Below the pieces are notes generated by a model that made no database searches, was not told where the DNA came from, and was given only the letters and a program-made list of their open reading frames with translations. The position numbers were made by a program, and so were the translations under genes. From a virus (Duplodnaviria > Heunggongvirae > Uroviricota > Caudoviricetes), in the IMG/VR virus record IMGVR_UViG_3300025066_000017: 15,016 bases of DNA, one strand, 5' to 3'. Shown piece after piece: positions 14,950 to 15,016 of the stretch. How positions within the stretch are numbered: the first letter of the stretch is position 1; each line of letters opens with the position of its first letter.

Positions 14950-15016
14950 CCCCCAAGACCCCATCCCAAGACCCCATCCCAATACCCCATCCCAAGACCC
15001 CATCCCAAGACCCCAT
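14950..15016. repeat. 13-nt tandem repeat CCCCATCCCAAGA, at least 4 full units plus partials, running off the window
   Basis: Units 14959-14971, 14972-14984 (AATA variant), 14985-14997, 14998-15010, partial 15011-15016; begins just after the paralog 2 stop. Confidence 0.95.

Noticed and set aside
14950-15016. Possible CRISPR array or real minus-strand ORF 14756-15016 (MGSWDGVLG...)
   Set aside because: The 13-nt units have no spacers; the ORF is a by-product of the G-rich repeat and lies antisense to paralog 2.

Overview
Phage-like or large mobile-element DNA (bacterial genetic code, no housekeeping genes, no rRNA/tRNA/CRISPR seen). Left: the first 1349 codons of a giant minus-strand protein (4047 to off the left edge), absent from the supplied ORF track because it has no in-window stop. 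It is P/Q/S/E-rich and probably disordered, with short tandem repeats and three diverged copies of a ~69-aa helical module. Middle (about 4.2-8.2 kb, AT-rich): SET-domain protein, phage ABA-sandwich-like protein, a membrane-anchored coiled-coil protein, and a two-component module made of a soluble PAS histidine kinase plus two Rcp1-like single-domain receivers (one canonical, one with substituted switch residues) arranged convergently. Right: a co-directional run of phage-type accessory genes (Zn-ribbon-DUF262, a triple WGETK..EW..D.RC repeat protein, pentapeptide repeat, YkgJ-like Cys cluster, and two paralogous unknowns, the second frameshifted near a C8 tract), ending in a 13-nt C-rich tandem repeat whose minus strand could form G-quadruplexes. 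Four copies of a perfect palindrome, AATCTTTAGA-N-TCTAAAGATT, sit at gene junctions (4184, 8224, 9862, 13260). All family calls are by motif recognition; no searches were run.
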